Source: Octopus vulgaris (lineage: Eukaryota). Taken from it: a stretch of 64,000 nucleotides of DNA. The notes under the pieces are model-generated. The model did no database searches, was not told the DNA's origin, and was given only the letters and a program-made list of their open reading frames with translations. Position numbers and translations under genes: made by a program. Shown one piece after another: positions 40,791-54,947 of this stretch; position 1 is the stretch's first letter, and every line of letters starts with the position of its first letter. The stretch is from assembly GCA_951406725.2 (NCBI GenBank), contig OX597816.1:111166001-111230000 (forward strand), in the 5' to 3' direction.

Positions 40791-41474
40791 AAGTTACACA
40801 AATACTTATACGCCCATACATGTTTAAGAAAATGACTAAGAGTCTATTAATTCTGTTTTGAAACTTAAATTGTATTTTTCAGTCTTCATCCATTTCATTA
40901 TGTTGAAATGTTTTCTTTTTCTTGAGAAGACAAAAAGCTTCCAATGATTGCCTTTCAATTACAGGCTTTACTTAGATCTATTTTCAGTTTCAACATCACA
41001 TATTTTCACATCTGACAGTAAAAATCCGATCATAAGTATTTTTATTCATTTATTTATATATTTCAATTTCATTTGCATCAGAGATTTCTATGTTGCAAGT
41101 TAAAACATCTTGCAAGCTAAATGAAATTACCCACGCTAAGAAAGTTATATTTCTTGAACAAATAACATCACTAATACCCATCTTTGTGAATGAAATATAG
41201 AATATAATATCAAGTATTTCAAATTACCTATATATCCTTAAGATAAAACTTATCAGTGATTTTAGGTATTCTATGAGACACGGATTCTATTGTACTTTAA
41301 AAGCAGAGTTTTGTCTCATGCAATGTAATACACACACATATAATATATGATATATATATGTGTGTGTGTGTAGAGAGAGAGAGACAGACAGACAGACATA
41401 CACACAGAAAGACAAACAGACAGTCTGACAGATTCATAGATAAATAGATAGATATATATGTATATACATCCCAT

Positions 41475-41539
<65 letters not shown>

Positions 41540-42559
41540 TAGACACGCTGACAGACAGGTAGACAGCCAAGCAGACAGATAGATAGATAGTTACACCTCT
41601 ATATACATACATATATATAAATATATATATATATATATACCTTTTACCATTTATTTGCTTTAGTGATTGGACTGCAACCATGCTAGAGCATCACCTTGAA
41701 GGGTTTCTATCGAAGAAATCGGCATCAGTTCTTAAAGTTGAATGTTTATTACTTATCATAACAGGCTGTTTTGCTGAGCCAAAAATTACAGGGATGCAAA
41801 CAAACCAACAGTGTCGATGGGGAGTACAAGCACAACTACATGCACACATGCACATATTTATTTATCATCTATTTAAGAGGATTGTATACGCCTAATTTCC
41901 CGTCTTCCTTCGTGCCTATCCATGAATAAATTAGGCATGCAACATATGTTGCAAAGCACACATGGTTTACTTTGTCCACCATCAGTAAGAGTAATTAATT
42001 GTGCTCAAGCCCTTGATCTGTTTGAAATGGAATTTTGCAAGTTTTCAACTGTCATTCTCCGTGGTTTCTAGTCGTACCATACCGTGCCTCCCTTTTCTTA
42101 AAGTTTCCAATGCAGAGCTCATCATGTCACCACAACTTACACTGTTTTCAGGTAAATCTACAACATTCATTTACAATATGGAAATAGTTCCATCAAATTC
42201 ATTATATACTTGGCAGAGTGGAAACACTTGTTCATTTCTAAGACTGACCATTAATCTTGGGCTTTCACTGCAAGTATACTACTCTCAGTTCCCTTTTTAA
42301 GTTCTCTTTTCTTTAACCACTCCCACCTATGTCGTCCAGCAGCTTCACTTGTGGCCACATATTTGTGTAGCCCTTTGTTCAGTAGAGCTTCTTCATGCCT
42401 TTCTTGTACTTCTTGTTTTGCTTTTACTTTCCCTTACTTCCAGTATATCCCCTTCTCTTACTACTACTACTATTAAGGTTTCCTCACTTGTAGGTAGATT
42501 TCTCAGCAACCCCCTTTTTCCACACTTATCAATCCTTTTCTTTCATTTGCTCATTTCTC

Positions 42560-42560
<1 letters not shown>

Positions 42561-42624
<64 letters not shown>

Positions 42625-42637
42625 GTTATTATTATTA

Positions 42638-42699
<62 letters not shown>

Positions 42700-43200
42700 G
42701 TTATTATTATTATTGTTATTATTATTATTATTATTTTGGTTTGGCTCAGGTTAAGTCTTATTCCTGGCAGGGATTATAAGGATAGCGGGTTTCTGCCTGT
42801 AACCTTAGGTATCCACACGTTTTCAGCAGTCTTTCAAGTGCTTAGAGCCCTCCTGATAATTCTGGCTGTTCCTAGGAAACAAAATTTCTGTAGGAGCTCT
42901 ACCGAGCATTCTGTTTCAATCCCCTTCAGCTATTTGTCTATATCTTGGCTTACTGTTTCCAGTGTACCATATATTATAAGCACGGCCTTAACTCTTCACA
43001 ATCTCCAAATTCTTCCTGTTTAAAATTTAAGGGATTGCATTGTTTCTTCCTTTTGTGGCATTTTCTCTTTCTTTATGATCCTGGAATGAAACGGGTATGA
43101 TGAGTCAAAATGTAAGCAACTTCGCTTTTCCTTATTTATAATCGTTATGCATGGTCTATTATTTTCTAACTTCTTGTCTGTTTGAATAGGAAAGTTCCAC

Positions 43201-43231
<31 letters not shown>

Positions 43232-43680
43232 CCATCATCATCACCATCATCATCGTCATCATTATTACACTAGTGCATGCTAATTGAAGTAGCAGGTATA
43301 TTATCTTGATGTTTGGTGACAACAAGTTTCCTCAAAATCTCAAAAACCTTCCTTATGATCCTTTCAGAACATAGGAGGGTACTTTCATGCATGATGACAA
43401 TGCAAGCTACAATTCCAATCACTTTTAGTCTTTTAGATGACATTTTAGGTGTTGTACCAGTCCACCAAATGCTACAAGAATAATTGTTGTCTTGGTCTTC
43501 CACATTCCCTTCAGTTCTCTGGCTAGATTCTTATCTTCCTCAAGTTAAAAAAATTCCTTTGGTATTAATTCTGCTAACATAGGGAATTACAAAATTTATT
43601 ACCTTGTTTATTTTGTCTTCTATGATCATATCCGCCCTTCCCTAGTTGTGGAGCACAGAGTACAAGATTTGTACCCAGCA
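42561..43680 (-). mobile_element. Two decayed RLE-LINE 3' fragments (~42740-43205 and ~43290-43680) next to an (ATT)n tract
   Basis: ILWNFPIQTDKKLENNRP.ITIINKEKRSC and STLLCSERIIRKVFEI; the first fragment ends in (TAA)n on its coding strand. Confidence 0.7.
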
Positions 43681-43719
43681 CAGAATAGCTCACTTAAACT
43701 TTTAAGAGGAGAGGGTCTT

Positions 43720-45135
43720 CTTTGAGTGTTTTCAGGCAAACCCATCCAGGAATGGTATATCGAGAAAAATACAAGCGGTCAAACAAAAGTATTCTATCAA
43801 ATTTTCTCCATAGATTATTGGGATTTGTGTTAGAAAGTAACACAATGAAGTTTAGACAAAGATATTACCACCAGACGAAGAGTTGCGCCATGGGTACCCC
43901 CATGGTAGTTAATTTCGCTATTGTCTTCATAACGAAATTCGAGACGCAGTTACTGAAAACATTCAAATCCCTTCATGGTCATGAACCAATACTCTGGTTA
44001 CGGTTCATTGACGACATATTTTCTGTCTGGGGAGGATCACAGGATAGTTTAATGGACTTCTTGCATTTCTGTACCTGTTATGCTAGAAATTATGGCTTTA
44101 AGTCCAACATAAAATTTACGACTAATTTTTCAATAACTACCGTTCAATGTTTCGACACAAAATCAATTTTTCTGGAGGCAGAATAGTGACAGAGTTATTT
44201 TGCAAGCCCACGTCATCCCACATTTATCTGCACCGCCGCTCTGAACATCCACATCATCTTTTTCGGTCAAATCCGAAATCCCAATTTTTGAGGACAAAAT
44301 GGATTTGTACTGACATAGGGGATTACTGGAAACATGCAAATCCTTTTGTATATCATTATGTCAAACGCGGTTACAGTGAATCAAGATTAAAGGAAATAGC
44401 AAATGAAATAGCTAAGATTAGCAAAGCTGTCAAACCTACACGCATAATTTTAGCACACACACAATACAATAAATGACAGAATTCCTTTAGTGATAAGCTG
44501 ACATTTCAAAAGTGTTGCATGAAAGTTACCAGCCTGTGGCGAAAACAATATCCTCGCTTCAACAGAAATTCCCTCAGCCGCCTATTGTAGCCTTTAGATG
44601 GAATAAGAATATAAGAGAATTGATGACCTCTATAGCTGACTCCAAGAAATCGAACATTGGAGTATCTAAATGCTGTACCTTAAAGAACAGCCGCAAGAGA
44701 GCTAAGCCCTGTTCATTCTGCAACAACATGAGTGAAGTGAATTCCATCAGAAATCAAAACAGAAATGTCATGATTTATACAGAAGGTGGAACATGTAAAG
44801 ATTCCCATTTGGTGTACGCTGCATAATGCACGAAACATAACTTAATTTATATTGGTTGTACAACAGAACAATTAAGCAAAATGCTTAATGGGTACTGATT
44901 CGATGTCAGATACAATAACAGTAGTTCGACAGAACTTGCTGAGCATTTCGTTTCAATCGGCTGCAGTTTTGAAGAAGACTTGAAAGTGCATGTTCTCAGA
45001 AAATATTCTGAATCTGCTCCACTTCTTAGAATGTATGAGGAGAAATATATTTGCAGGTTATTCACATCACGCCCTGGAGAAATGAATAAGATTACAGGAG
45101 AATATCATCAAATTTATACAAAACTGTTTGATTAA
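43720..45135 (+). pseudogene. Decayed Penelope-like element (Neptune-like): RT, Cys linker, GIY-YIG
   Basis: YHQTKSCAMGTP, WLRFIDDIF, LFCKPT...YLH..SEHP, PPIVAFR, CSFC...TC..SHLVYAA*CTKHNLIYIG; stops and frameshifts. Confidence 0.88.
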
Positions 45136-46264
45136 ATAATCTTCTTTATTTTTTCCTTCTTTTTTCTGTCTTTTTTCTTTTCAGCTGTTATAAAATTATA
45201 ACTTAAAAACTTATGATGTCATTTCATCAACGTGTGGACGCTGGTTGCTCTCGTTCATACTTTACATTAAAGTTTCTATAATTTTGAATTTTCCTAATTT
45301 TTATAATTTTTAATTGTTATGCCTTAGCATTGTTCATTCACTCATGGAAATGTGGATATTCCTTGAGATCCCAGATTTGTGACCCATCGAAAATACCAAC
45401 CTCCGGCTTCTTTATACTCAACACTGGGAATATTTTCTGCATATACAGTCAAGGAACTTCCCTTCTTTGTTCAAAACCTTCGCAAACCAATTCATTAAAC
45501 CTAGTTTGATGTGCTGTGGTAGTATATTTATTTCTGTCAACCACGAGTTTTGCTATTATATTCTTTTCTGCAGTGACCATGCTAATTTTTATTGTTTTTA
45601 TTCTCCGAGGACATTGCTTCCTCCCGCAGTGCTCTACTTAGATCTACTAACCCAGCAGGGATACTTGGTGCATCCATTCTGCTGAGAAAATTCAGCATCT
45701 TTAGATCCAAACAGATAGACATTGGTGATCGTTTTAGGATATCATTCGTAAGACAAGGACGTGTGTTTCCTCCTGCTCATTTGTCTTAGTTGAGTGACCA
45801 GTTAGGATGGATCCATATTTGTTGTTATTATGTTGAAGAACACAGTATATCTCTGCATAGGACTATGTATGAATAACCGCGATTCACTTCGTTCATATTT
45901 TGTTATATCCCTTTCATCAGCAAGATTTGAACATCGTTGAAGAAACGAAATTATTTTCTTCAGAGAAGAAAAACAATAAATCCATTTTCCTATTGTGATA
46001 GTGCGAGATTTTGGTTAAGAGCATTATCATAAACACTAGCGGTACTAGAAACAAATGAAAGTCATATTCTTATTCAGTGGCCTGAATGTACCTTGTGGGT
46101 GAACAGGCCTAAAATCTGAGGTACCAAAATATGTATTTGTACCTCAGTGTGTAATATAAAATGACAAAAACGATTCTCGAATAGAAGAAACCGGTGAGAT
46201 AAAGCTAAATTAAGTAAAATATTCTGTTCAATTTATTATACGTCTTTCTTTCACAATACATAGC

Positions 46265-46440
46265 CAATAAACCAACGAGGAAGCCTTTCTTTGCTCGATT
46301 TGCTAGATGTAGCAGTCTAACACTCCTAGAAACAGAACTTGTCATATTAAAAACCAACATACATTATTTTTAAAACAAGATAAAACCTGGTTTGAATTCA
46401 ATTAATTATACGTCCATTAGATCAACGTCGAATAAAAGAA
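46265..46440 (+). repeat. Old dispersed repeat, second copy at ~53365-53540
   Basis: Collinear blocks accaacga-gaagcc, ttgct, tagcag-ctaac, tacattatt..aaacaaga, ttgaatt-a-tt-attata-gt in both copies. Confidence 0.6.
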
Positions 46441-46927
46441 AAATACCAATGCATAGACATAAATGTTATTTCTCCCCCCTTTTAACTGTTGTTAAGCATA
46501 TATTGGCAGCTATTTCCGACACTCAGTTACTCACTCACAGAATGATTTTTAATTGATGTGGCTTTATTCACCATATTTCATTGCGGTAGCGAAAACTAAC
46601 GTAATTATCAACCATTTTTTCAAGTTTTTATCACCTGTTTACATTATTAAACTCATTGCAGGAGAAATATATATTACCGAATATCTGATAAAATTTCCTC
46701 TGAAGTGATAATACTATTTGATGCTAAACTCATTTTACATACTCACAGAACTTTTTCTCCTTCTCTCTCTCTCGCTCCCATTCTCCCTCCCTCTTCCACA
46801 CACACATACACATATATATATATGTATATGCATATATATATATATATATAAATACATACATACATATATATATATACACATATATATATATACACATATA
46901 TACATACATACTTATATGTGTATATAT

Positions 46928-46976
<49 letters not shown>

Positions 46977-46990
46977 GTATGCATGTATGT

Positions 46991-47026
<36 letters not shown>

Positions 47027-47158
47027 TTGTACACCCGATGTACGCACATACAGACATACCACACACTTAAATCTGCCAGTTCTTAATAATGTGACAGAAC
47101 TCAGCATTCACTTTTCACAAAGACTATCTGATATACATATCATTGTGTGTGTGTGTGT

Positions 47159-47735
47159 AGGGTTGGCCAAATAGTGCCTTCGGGTTTTTTCCACACTAAA
47201 CTTCAAGCATTGTAATAAATAGCTAACACCAATGTGTCGTTTGCGCACGCGTACTTGTTAGATACTTGAAACGTCAATGTCGTTCAACGCAAACATGTCA
47301 TGAGATAGGTTCCATTTTGTGTGCTTGCGATCACCCTGAAAATGGGGAACTTTATCAACATGGTGTGCTTTTTTTCTTTTAAATGAGGCACGAAAGCGAT
47401 GGAAACCTTCGGAAAGGTATACACCCTCTACATAGAGTATCCTGTTACGGAAGATGTGTGCGAGAGGTGGTTTTCAAGATTTCTATCAGGAATTTTTTGG
47501 GGTCAAAATGCTCCTCAGTATGTCCGGTGAAATGAGATTAGCGGCGGCAACAAAATGAAGGCTTCAGTCGACACCAACCCCCGTCATACGTTCAAATGAT
47601 GGCAGATATTCACCAAATATCCAAATAACGTGTTGAAAATCACCTGCATCAACTTGGTTACACCAACAGGTTTAGCGCTTGGGTCCCGTATTAATTCGAA
47701 CTAGGTTAACCTCGCCCGACAGTTTTCCATAAAAT
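47159..47735 (+). mobile_element. mariner relic (5' end + N-terminal half of transposase)
   Basis: CERWFSRFLSG, VDTNPRHT, VENHLHQLGY...AWVPY (WVPHEL-like motif). Confidence 0.8.
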
Positions 47736-48150
47736 ATTACGATGAATGTTCAATCTCATTCTTAAAGTGAGTTTAGTTTGTCCATTGTAGTCTTCTCTGC
47801 ACTCATTGCATTTGATGATATATATTAAAATTTCTGAAGAGCAAATACAATGTTTTTTTTTTTTCAGATTATAAACTTGTTCTGATACGAGTTACACAAT
47901 TGGATCGGCCACACATCTTAACTGTTGTGGTTAAATCCCTCGTTAATCGTTTCGCGTTGCTAAGAAGTATTTTGGGGGCACTTCGGTTGTCTTTTGCATT
48001 TGATTGCTTTGTGTAACTTTTAGATTCTTGGATCTTGGTTTAATAACGCCATGCTCTGATGGATAATGCTGAACGTTCCTTTTCCTTAGGTTATGTGTTG
48101 TAATTAAAGACAGAGTTATAGGTGCCCATATGTATGTATATATATGTGTA

Positions 48151-48254
<104 letters not shown>

Positions 48255-50039
48255 AATATGTATCCACCTATTTATCTATTGATTCATTAATCTCTCTGTC
48301 TATTATATGTATATATATATATCAATATCTATCCATCTATCCATCTATTTACTTCACTGTGTGTGTGCGCGCACCTTTGTATTTTTCACTTTCAATATAT
48401 AGACACAATTCTTAATGACTGAATGTGGTTAGCGGGAGTCATATGCTTATCTTAGAATTTTTGTGTGGTTGTGTTTAACCTTATATCTAGGCAATTTATT
48501 ATGCTCACGTTTCTTTAGATACTTATTTAGATGTTGGATTCTTTAATGGCATACATACATCATTTTCACTGAATTTCTCTAATTAGTCTCTGCCGATGCT
48601 TTTAGGAGATAGCAGATTTATTATCTCTGTAGAATTCTATACAGAGTTGCTTCGCTTATTTGTACACTCTTCTCGTTTGCATAGAAATGACAGATTCTCA
48701 GTCACTACCTCTTTATAGCGTCCCATGTCCGCATCAATGATTTGGCACACATATACTTAAAAGATCTTGATCCTCGAAATTTAGGCTTAAGGTCAACAAA
48801 ACGAGGAAAGAAGTGGATTACATCGAAAAGGTGCTTATTTTATCGTCCTTGAGTGATGAAAACAAAAGTGCACCTCCACCGAATTAGAACCCAAAACGTA
48901 AAGAGCTAAAATGAATACCGCTAAGCTCTTTGCACGATGTGATAAATCTTCTGCCTGCTCTCCGACTTTAATTTGTATAAATAATTCTATCTAAGTTTTG
49001 CAACAGAACTTTTGAGCACTCCAATCCTAAGTAAATCCAAAACATCTATGTAAATCTGATATATATATATATATACCTGTGTTTTACTCTTAAAGAAAAT
49101 TACACTACAAATCAGCGAACCAAATCTACAAACAACTATCCCATAAAAATCGAATGCACACCCATGTTGACAAAAACGTGACTTATGGCTAACGAACCGA
49201 AATAAATCAAGCTTTTTGATCAACAACTTAAAAACTACATACAAAGTAAAATCATTAAATGACTTCAGCACAGTGAATAGGAGTAAAACTGTTCTAAACG
49301 AACCTCAAATAATATATTTAAAAAATCTTTTCAGATACCAAAGCAACATATTTTCATAAAAGCTAGCGAATTTGAAAAACAGGAAATACGCTGAATCAAC
49401 TGAAGAAAAATTCCCTTTTGTAACCAAAACAGCAAATAGCGTTTCCTGACAAATATATTTATAAAATTAAAGACAATAAAAGCTTAAAACTCAAATTTGT
49501 AAGCAACCAATAAAATGGCGAAAAGCTGAAAAATGCCCCTGACAAAATAAGTATAACAACATAACAAGCATCAAACCAGCCAACAAAATATACAACTATA
49601 ATCAACGCCCTAATTCAAACAAAATAATAAAAATAACGCCAGAGACTAACAAATAGCAACGAGAGGCATAACCAAATGACTGTCAACACTGATAGATATG
49701 CAATAACATAATCTCTTAAATGTAGCAGTTCTAAGTTCACTATCGTTGTAGAGTGAGATCTGAATCGCGAGAAATCCATTAACCATTTTGTGTCCACCAT
49801 GTATCTAATTTCTCTTCTTTATTTGTGAACAGAATTATCTTATATTATATACACACGCATAAATACCCCCCTCTCTCGCACGCACACACACACATATATA
49901 CACACACAACTAAGTGATGAAAAGTATTTTTATTATTTATACAAATTCTGCTGAGGTCGACCGTATCTTTCATTCTTTCTGCATCGGTAAAATAAGTACC
50001 AGTGATACACTGGGGTTGACGTATTCGACGCACCTCCTT

Positions 50040-50800
50040 TGCATTTGATGAGTGTCCAACTCTCGTATCTTTCTCCTGAGGCCTTGATGTTATTTTGGAG
50101 AGAGGTAGCCCATTTTGGCTCTGTATTATCCTTTGGGATCGGTCTTCTATCTGTTAGAGCACAGTCACTGCGACACAGTATAGTATGACATTTATTGTCC
50201 GAACTTTTGGAGGTTGGATTTGAGCTACTTGTTCTCTCGCAATTTCATCGATCACGATTAACATCAGGCCGGTATTATTTTGTCATGTAGTCCTTTACGC
50301 TTATGAGAAGTGAAGTTCTTCTTGAGCTGCGATTTTAGTATTTTGTATGCATCACTTTTTTTTGTAGGATCATACGTAGTTGCTCCATGACCGTGTAGTG
50401 ATGGCGTTTTATTATTGTTGTGTTTGTCTTGGTCGTGTTTCTTTTTTTCACGGTCACTTCACAAAAGATATTTACTATGTTGTTAATACGGGTATTATCA
50501 TTTATTCATTTTGCTTGCGTGATTTTGTTTGGTAAGGTGACCTATTTCTTTTCAACATATGTAGCTTGCTGGCATAATTGTTTTGCTCAAAAATATGAGA
50601 ATGTTGGGTGTTTCTTATCCTAATATTCTTTAAGTCCCTTCAAGTAGCCTATCGGGGAATCTTCCCTAACCTTCCTGTAGAACTGGTATATATCTTGATT
50701 CATTTCAAATGTCCGCTGGAATTTTCCTCTGTAGTTCCGTAATCTTCGATAGATCTTTCGTCGCCATAGTGTATATATATAGTAATTTTTCCTCGTGGTA
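50040..50800 (-). pseudogene. Decayed N-terminal region of an R4/Dong-like LINE
   Basis: Minus strand TFEMNQDIYQFYRKV...GYLKGLKEY*DKKHP resembles the N-terminal block at 27770-28300. Confidence 0.55.
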
Positions 50801-51014
50801 TGATCTCACTGTCTGATTACTGCTACGGTCTTTTCGAAAAAGGTTGTTTATTTGCATTTACTCAAGAAAAAAAACCCATTTCTTTACCAAGCTTGCATTG
50901 ATGTCAAAAGTTATAGAGAACAGTATTCCTGACTATTATCATTTGTGCTCTATACCAACGTGTCTTTATTGCACGCCACGTTCATATGTACGTACGTACA
51001 CACGTACGTATATA

Positions 51015-51063
<49 letters not shown>

Positions 51064-51097
51064 AAGTATGCATGTATGCATGCATGTATGTGTTTGT

Positions 51098-51347
51098 GTG
51101 AAAAGTAGGAGAGTCCAGTTTGCTGGACATTGTTGTAGAGCTAAAAACGAGGCAATTTCTACTCTTCTCCTCTGGAAGCCATTTACTCGCAATACCAGAG
51201 GGCGCACACTCTCCTACCTTGATGTAATCTCCAGGGATACAGGCATCCAGCAACAGGACCTCCGTAATGCTATGATGGACCGTGAAGTCTGACGTAGCAT
51301 GGTAAATTTCATTGTCTCGATCACGGTCGAACAATGATGATGATGAT
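51098..51347 (+). mobile_element. RTE-clade LINE 3' end
   Basis: SRRVQFAGHCCR...LLLWKP...RGR...AMMDREV followed by a (GAT)n tail; inserted in a (TG)-rich tract. Confidence 0.8.
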
Positions 51348-54300
51348 TGTGTGTATGTATATGTGTGTATGCATGTATGTCCTGGTTATGACTTAAAACT
51401 ACATTCAGTTCTGAGACTCTGGTTTAGGATTTCTTGCGTTTTGAGGAGTGGGGAATCGCCTCTTAACCACTATCATTCTCAGATCTACTCTGACCTTAAG
51501 TAGTTGCACCTGGCTGAGTCCCAGATACGGGTTAACTAACATGATGAAATTCCATTTGAGTCCGAGGATGCAGAAATGCTCTTTGTTGGTGACAGGACAT
51601 GCAGTAAAACCACAGTTATTGATGGAATCCTAGCTATTGTCACAACATCTTTCTAGGAAAAAAGACTCTAATCTAAATTCTGCAGTTTCACGTGATTACT
51701 GATGACAACGCTTCGACGTATCACTGGATATTAATCAGAGAGATTCAGAAAGCGGTCCTCGTGTGGTGCAAGCGTTTATCACGATATTCCAATGACGTAT
51801 AGATATCTCTTTATAGTGACTTTATTTGTCATATTATCTCTGGAAGGTCCTATAAAAACAGAAAACTAGTGACGTGTGCTGGCCTAACCAGTTTGGAAAT
51901 TCACAATAAGTTACAACTTTCGTTTGTTACTTATGCTTCAAATCATGCAGATCTGCAACGAGATTGAATAGTCTTTTGAGAGATCATCGATGGAAAGTCA
52001 GAAATGAGATTAATAACCAGGAAGCACAATAAAACAGCAATCATCTATGAAATCTCCATGTATGTATTGATGAGTGAGATTGAAAGAGATAATATTTCCC
52101 AATAACTACTCTTTTGTATTGTTTAATTAGTATTTAAGCATCCCCTCATAGCGAGATTGTTTTGAAAATTGTATATTTTACAAATGTTAAGGGCTATAAT
52201 TCTAGCTCTGTCCCTCTACTTTCTTACAGAGAAGTGGAAACTGTATTTGGTCAGATAACCAGAAACATCAAATGGTAATATAAGACATGTAAGGTAAGAA
52301 TAAACCTCCAAAAATTTCGTTTTATGATTTTTATATACGTAATTGAGTGTAGCAACCCTGCCACTACAATCTGACGTTTAACGTAATTTCATAACACATT
52401 CAGTATTGTAACAGAACAGGTAGAACTACTTTCTACTAATCGTTTTAGCACCTGGGAATTTATCAAATCTGTTAATATCTTAATTGTCCTCCTAGTTACT
52501 TTTATCATAAGCAATTTAGATACTACCTATTATTGTTGCCTGTGCTATTATCACTCCAGTTATTGACCGTGTGAACATAGTAATTCTTAATTTTCGTGTT
52601 TGTTTAGGTAATTTCTATTTTATCTACTGTGTATCTAAAGTGTTCTTTGCATTGTACCTATTGTATTCATTCGTTTCACATCATAACAAAATATTTTATA
52701 CTTCTCTATTGTGTCTGGGCTCCTTTGCTGAATATTTAATTGATTTCGTGAATATTTATGCGGCATTGTCAAAGTACTTTAAATAACTATTGTCGTTACA
52801 AACGTATTTGTTAGTGGGCATTGCTTTAACTGAAATTAAAAATACTTTGGTAGTATTTTTTTGTCATAGGTTTTCTGTTAACTGAAGTTGTACATTTGAC
52901 ACGGGAGAACCTTACGCACAGACAATAATCAGTATTATAATAAATAAATAAATAACTAACTAAATAAATAAATAAATAAACGAACCTGGTAAAATCATAG
53001 TGAACGATCCGTGCCTAAGAACAGAGCGACGGGTTCGTCCTAGACTGATCACCATTTGTTTTGTTGACACAAGGATCACTGGAGGCTTGGTATTTACGAT
53101 AATTTAACTGAAAAACATAAGAATTGTGAAACTTTCTGAAATGTAAGACAGAAACAAATCAAATATCTGTTTCTCACATTCGATTGTGTTACACTTGATT
53201 GAAATAACACTATAACTCTTAGAATGAGTTTGGTATACGTTTTATACAACTGAATGACAGAAACAATTCTCAAATAGAAGAATCTGGAGAGACATAATGA
53301 AACTGAGTAATGTTAGACTTTACATACGTTAAGTCTTTTTTTTAAAAAAACAACAAATAAGTATTAGACCAACGATGAAGCCATTTTTACGTACCTTGCT
53401 TGGTATAGCAGCCTAACTTTCCTAAACCAGAGCCTGCCATCTTAAAAAAAAACAGCGTACATTATTCCTGAAACAAGAGGTTATATTTTGAATTTATTTG
53501 ATTATATGTTCACTCGATCAGGAGCGACGAGGAACAAAAAGAACAACGCAAAATATATCTTAAGATTGCTCGTAAGTAGCATTTTAGCATGGTACTATAA
53601 CGTTGACATCAACCACTTATCAGTATGTACTGGATGCAGTTTGTAGTGGCACCACCACTAAAGTCTGTTACATCATGTCCTCAGAACGCAAAGAACCACA
53701 TCAAATATAGTCCAACATTCTAATAGTTTCGCCAATTCACTGAGCTGGATCAGTGCCCATAACGATGAGAAGTAAAGTCGACATAAGACAGAACTTGTCC
53801 AGGGCATAGAATGATAAAATAAATACCATGAGATAGTCTATCCAACGATCTGATGGCTTTTCTAATCTGTCGCCATTCTCTCCTTTCATCCAGCAATCAC
53901 GTTACAGCAGTTACTGGATGTTTTAATCATGTCAGCTCTAGGAACTCTACTGTCTCCATTGATGAGACAAATTGACTGCGAAGTTGAATAGAACAGAAGG
54001 ATGATCAAGAAACTTAAACAAGAACGGGTATGAGAATAAGTAAAATGGAAAACTTGGAGTAAGAGTAGAAACGTGAGGGTAAAGGTGAGAAAGTTTCAGG
54101 AAAGAGAAAACCAGAGGCAGACCCCTATTTGCATCGATGTGTTTGCATATGCGTGTAAGTTTAGGTGTATGTATGTGAATTTGTTACAGTCAACATTTAT
54201 AGATATAAATATCTGACTCTATCTCAATAATGATGTCTTTTGATGTCGGCTTTGGATTCTTTCAAGGTTCTTTACGTTAATGTTTAAGTATAGATAATAA

Positions 54301-54670
54301 ACGTTTGTTTTTTCTGAAAACAACATCACTAGTTTTGATTCAATTTTCTATCATTATTATTTAACTAAATAACTAGTAGATCAATTTCCTGATCTAACAG
54401 TTAGTTTTGAAGTGTAATTTCTTTATTGTTTGCTACCCTATAGATGTTATTTCTTCATCTGTTCTTCACATGTGTCGTTAATATATGAGTTCACAGTGAC
54501 ATTGTTTCATGAAATATTGACGAAAGAACATTGTATATGATCGAATTTTGAGAAAGGTAGTGCAAAATACATTCCGATTGCTTTACTGGTGTGATATAAG
54601 TTGTAACAATCATAAACATGCCAAGAGTTGGGATGCCAACAGTACAGGAATCTTGACAGTAATATGTTAA

Positions 54671-54883
54671 TACAGTTCTCTATTGAAGAAATAAGGAATT
54701 ATGTATATTATTTACATTATTTACATTTGACGGATATTTGTCCTCATCTTGTTTGTTGTTAACACAACGTTTCGGCTGATATACCCTCCAGCCTTCATCA
54801 GGCGTCTTGGAGAAATTTTGAACATGGCTTCTCATTCCTAAGGTATTTTTCGATGTTGTTGTTGTTGTTGTTATTATTATTAC

Positions 54884-54944
<61 letters not shown>
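54671..54944 (-). mobile_element. HHR-tailed SINE-like element, left arm of the fold-back dimer
   Basis: 54708-54860 is the reverse complement of ~57720-57877 with 2 mismatches in the unique part. Confidence 0.85.
54761..54806 (-). ncRNA. Minimal type I hammerhead ribozyme
   Basis: Reverse complement of 57779-57824. Confidence 0.7.

Positions 54945-54947
<3 letters not shown>

Noticed and set aside
42349-43023. 224-aa hydrophobic ORF
   Set aside because: Built from an (ATT)n tract plus the antisense strand of a LINE relic
45355-45405. HHR downstream of the decayed Neptune-like PLE (ccttgagat...atcgaaaatac)
   Set aside because: The core deviates from CTGANGA and stems I and III cannot be formed convincingly
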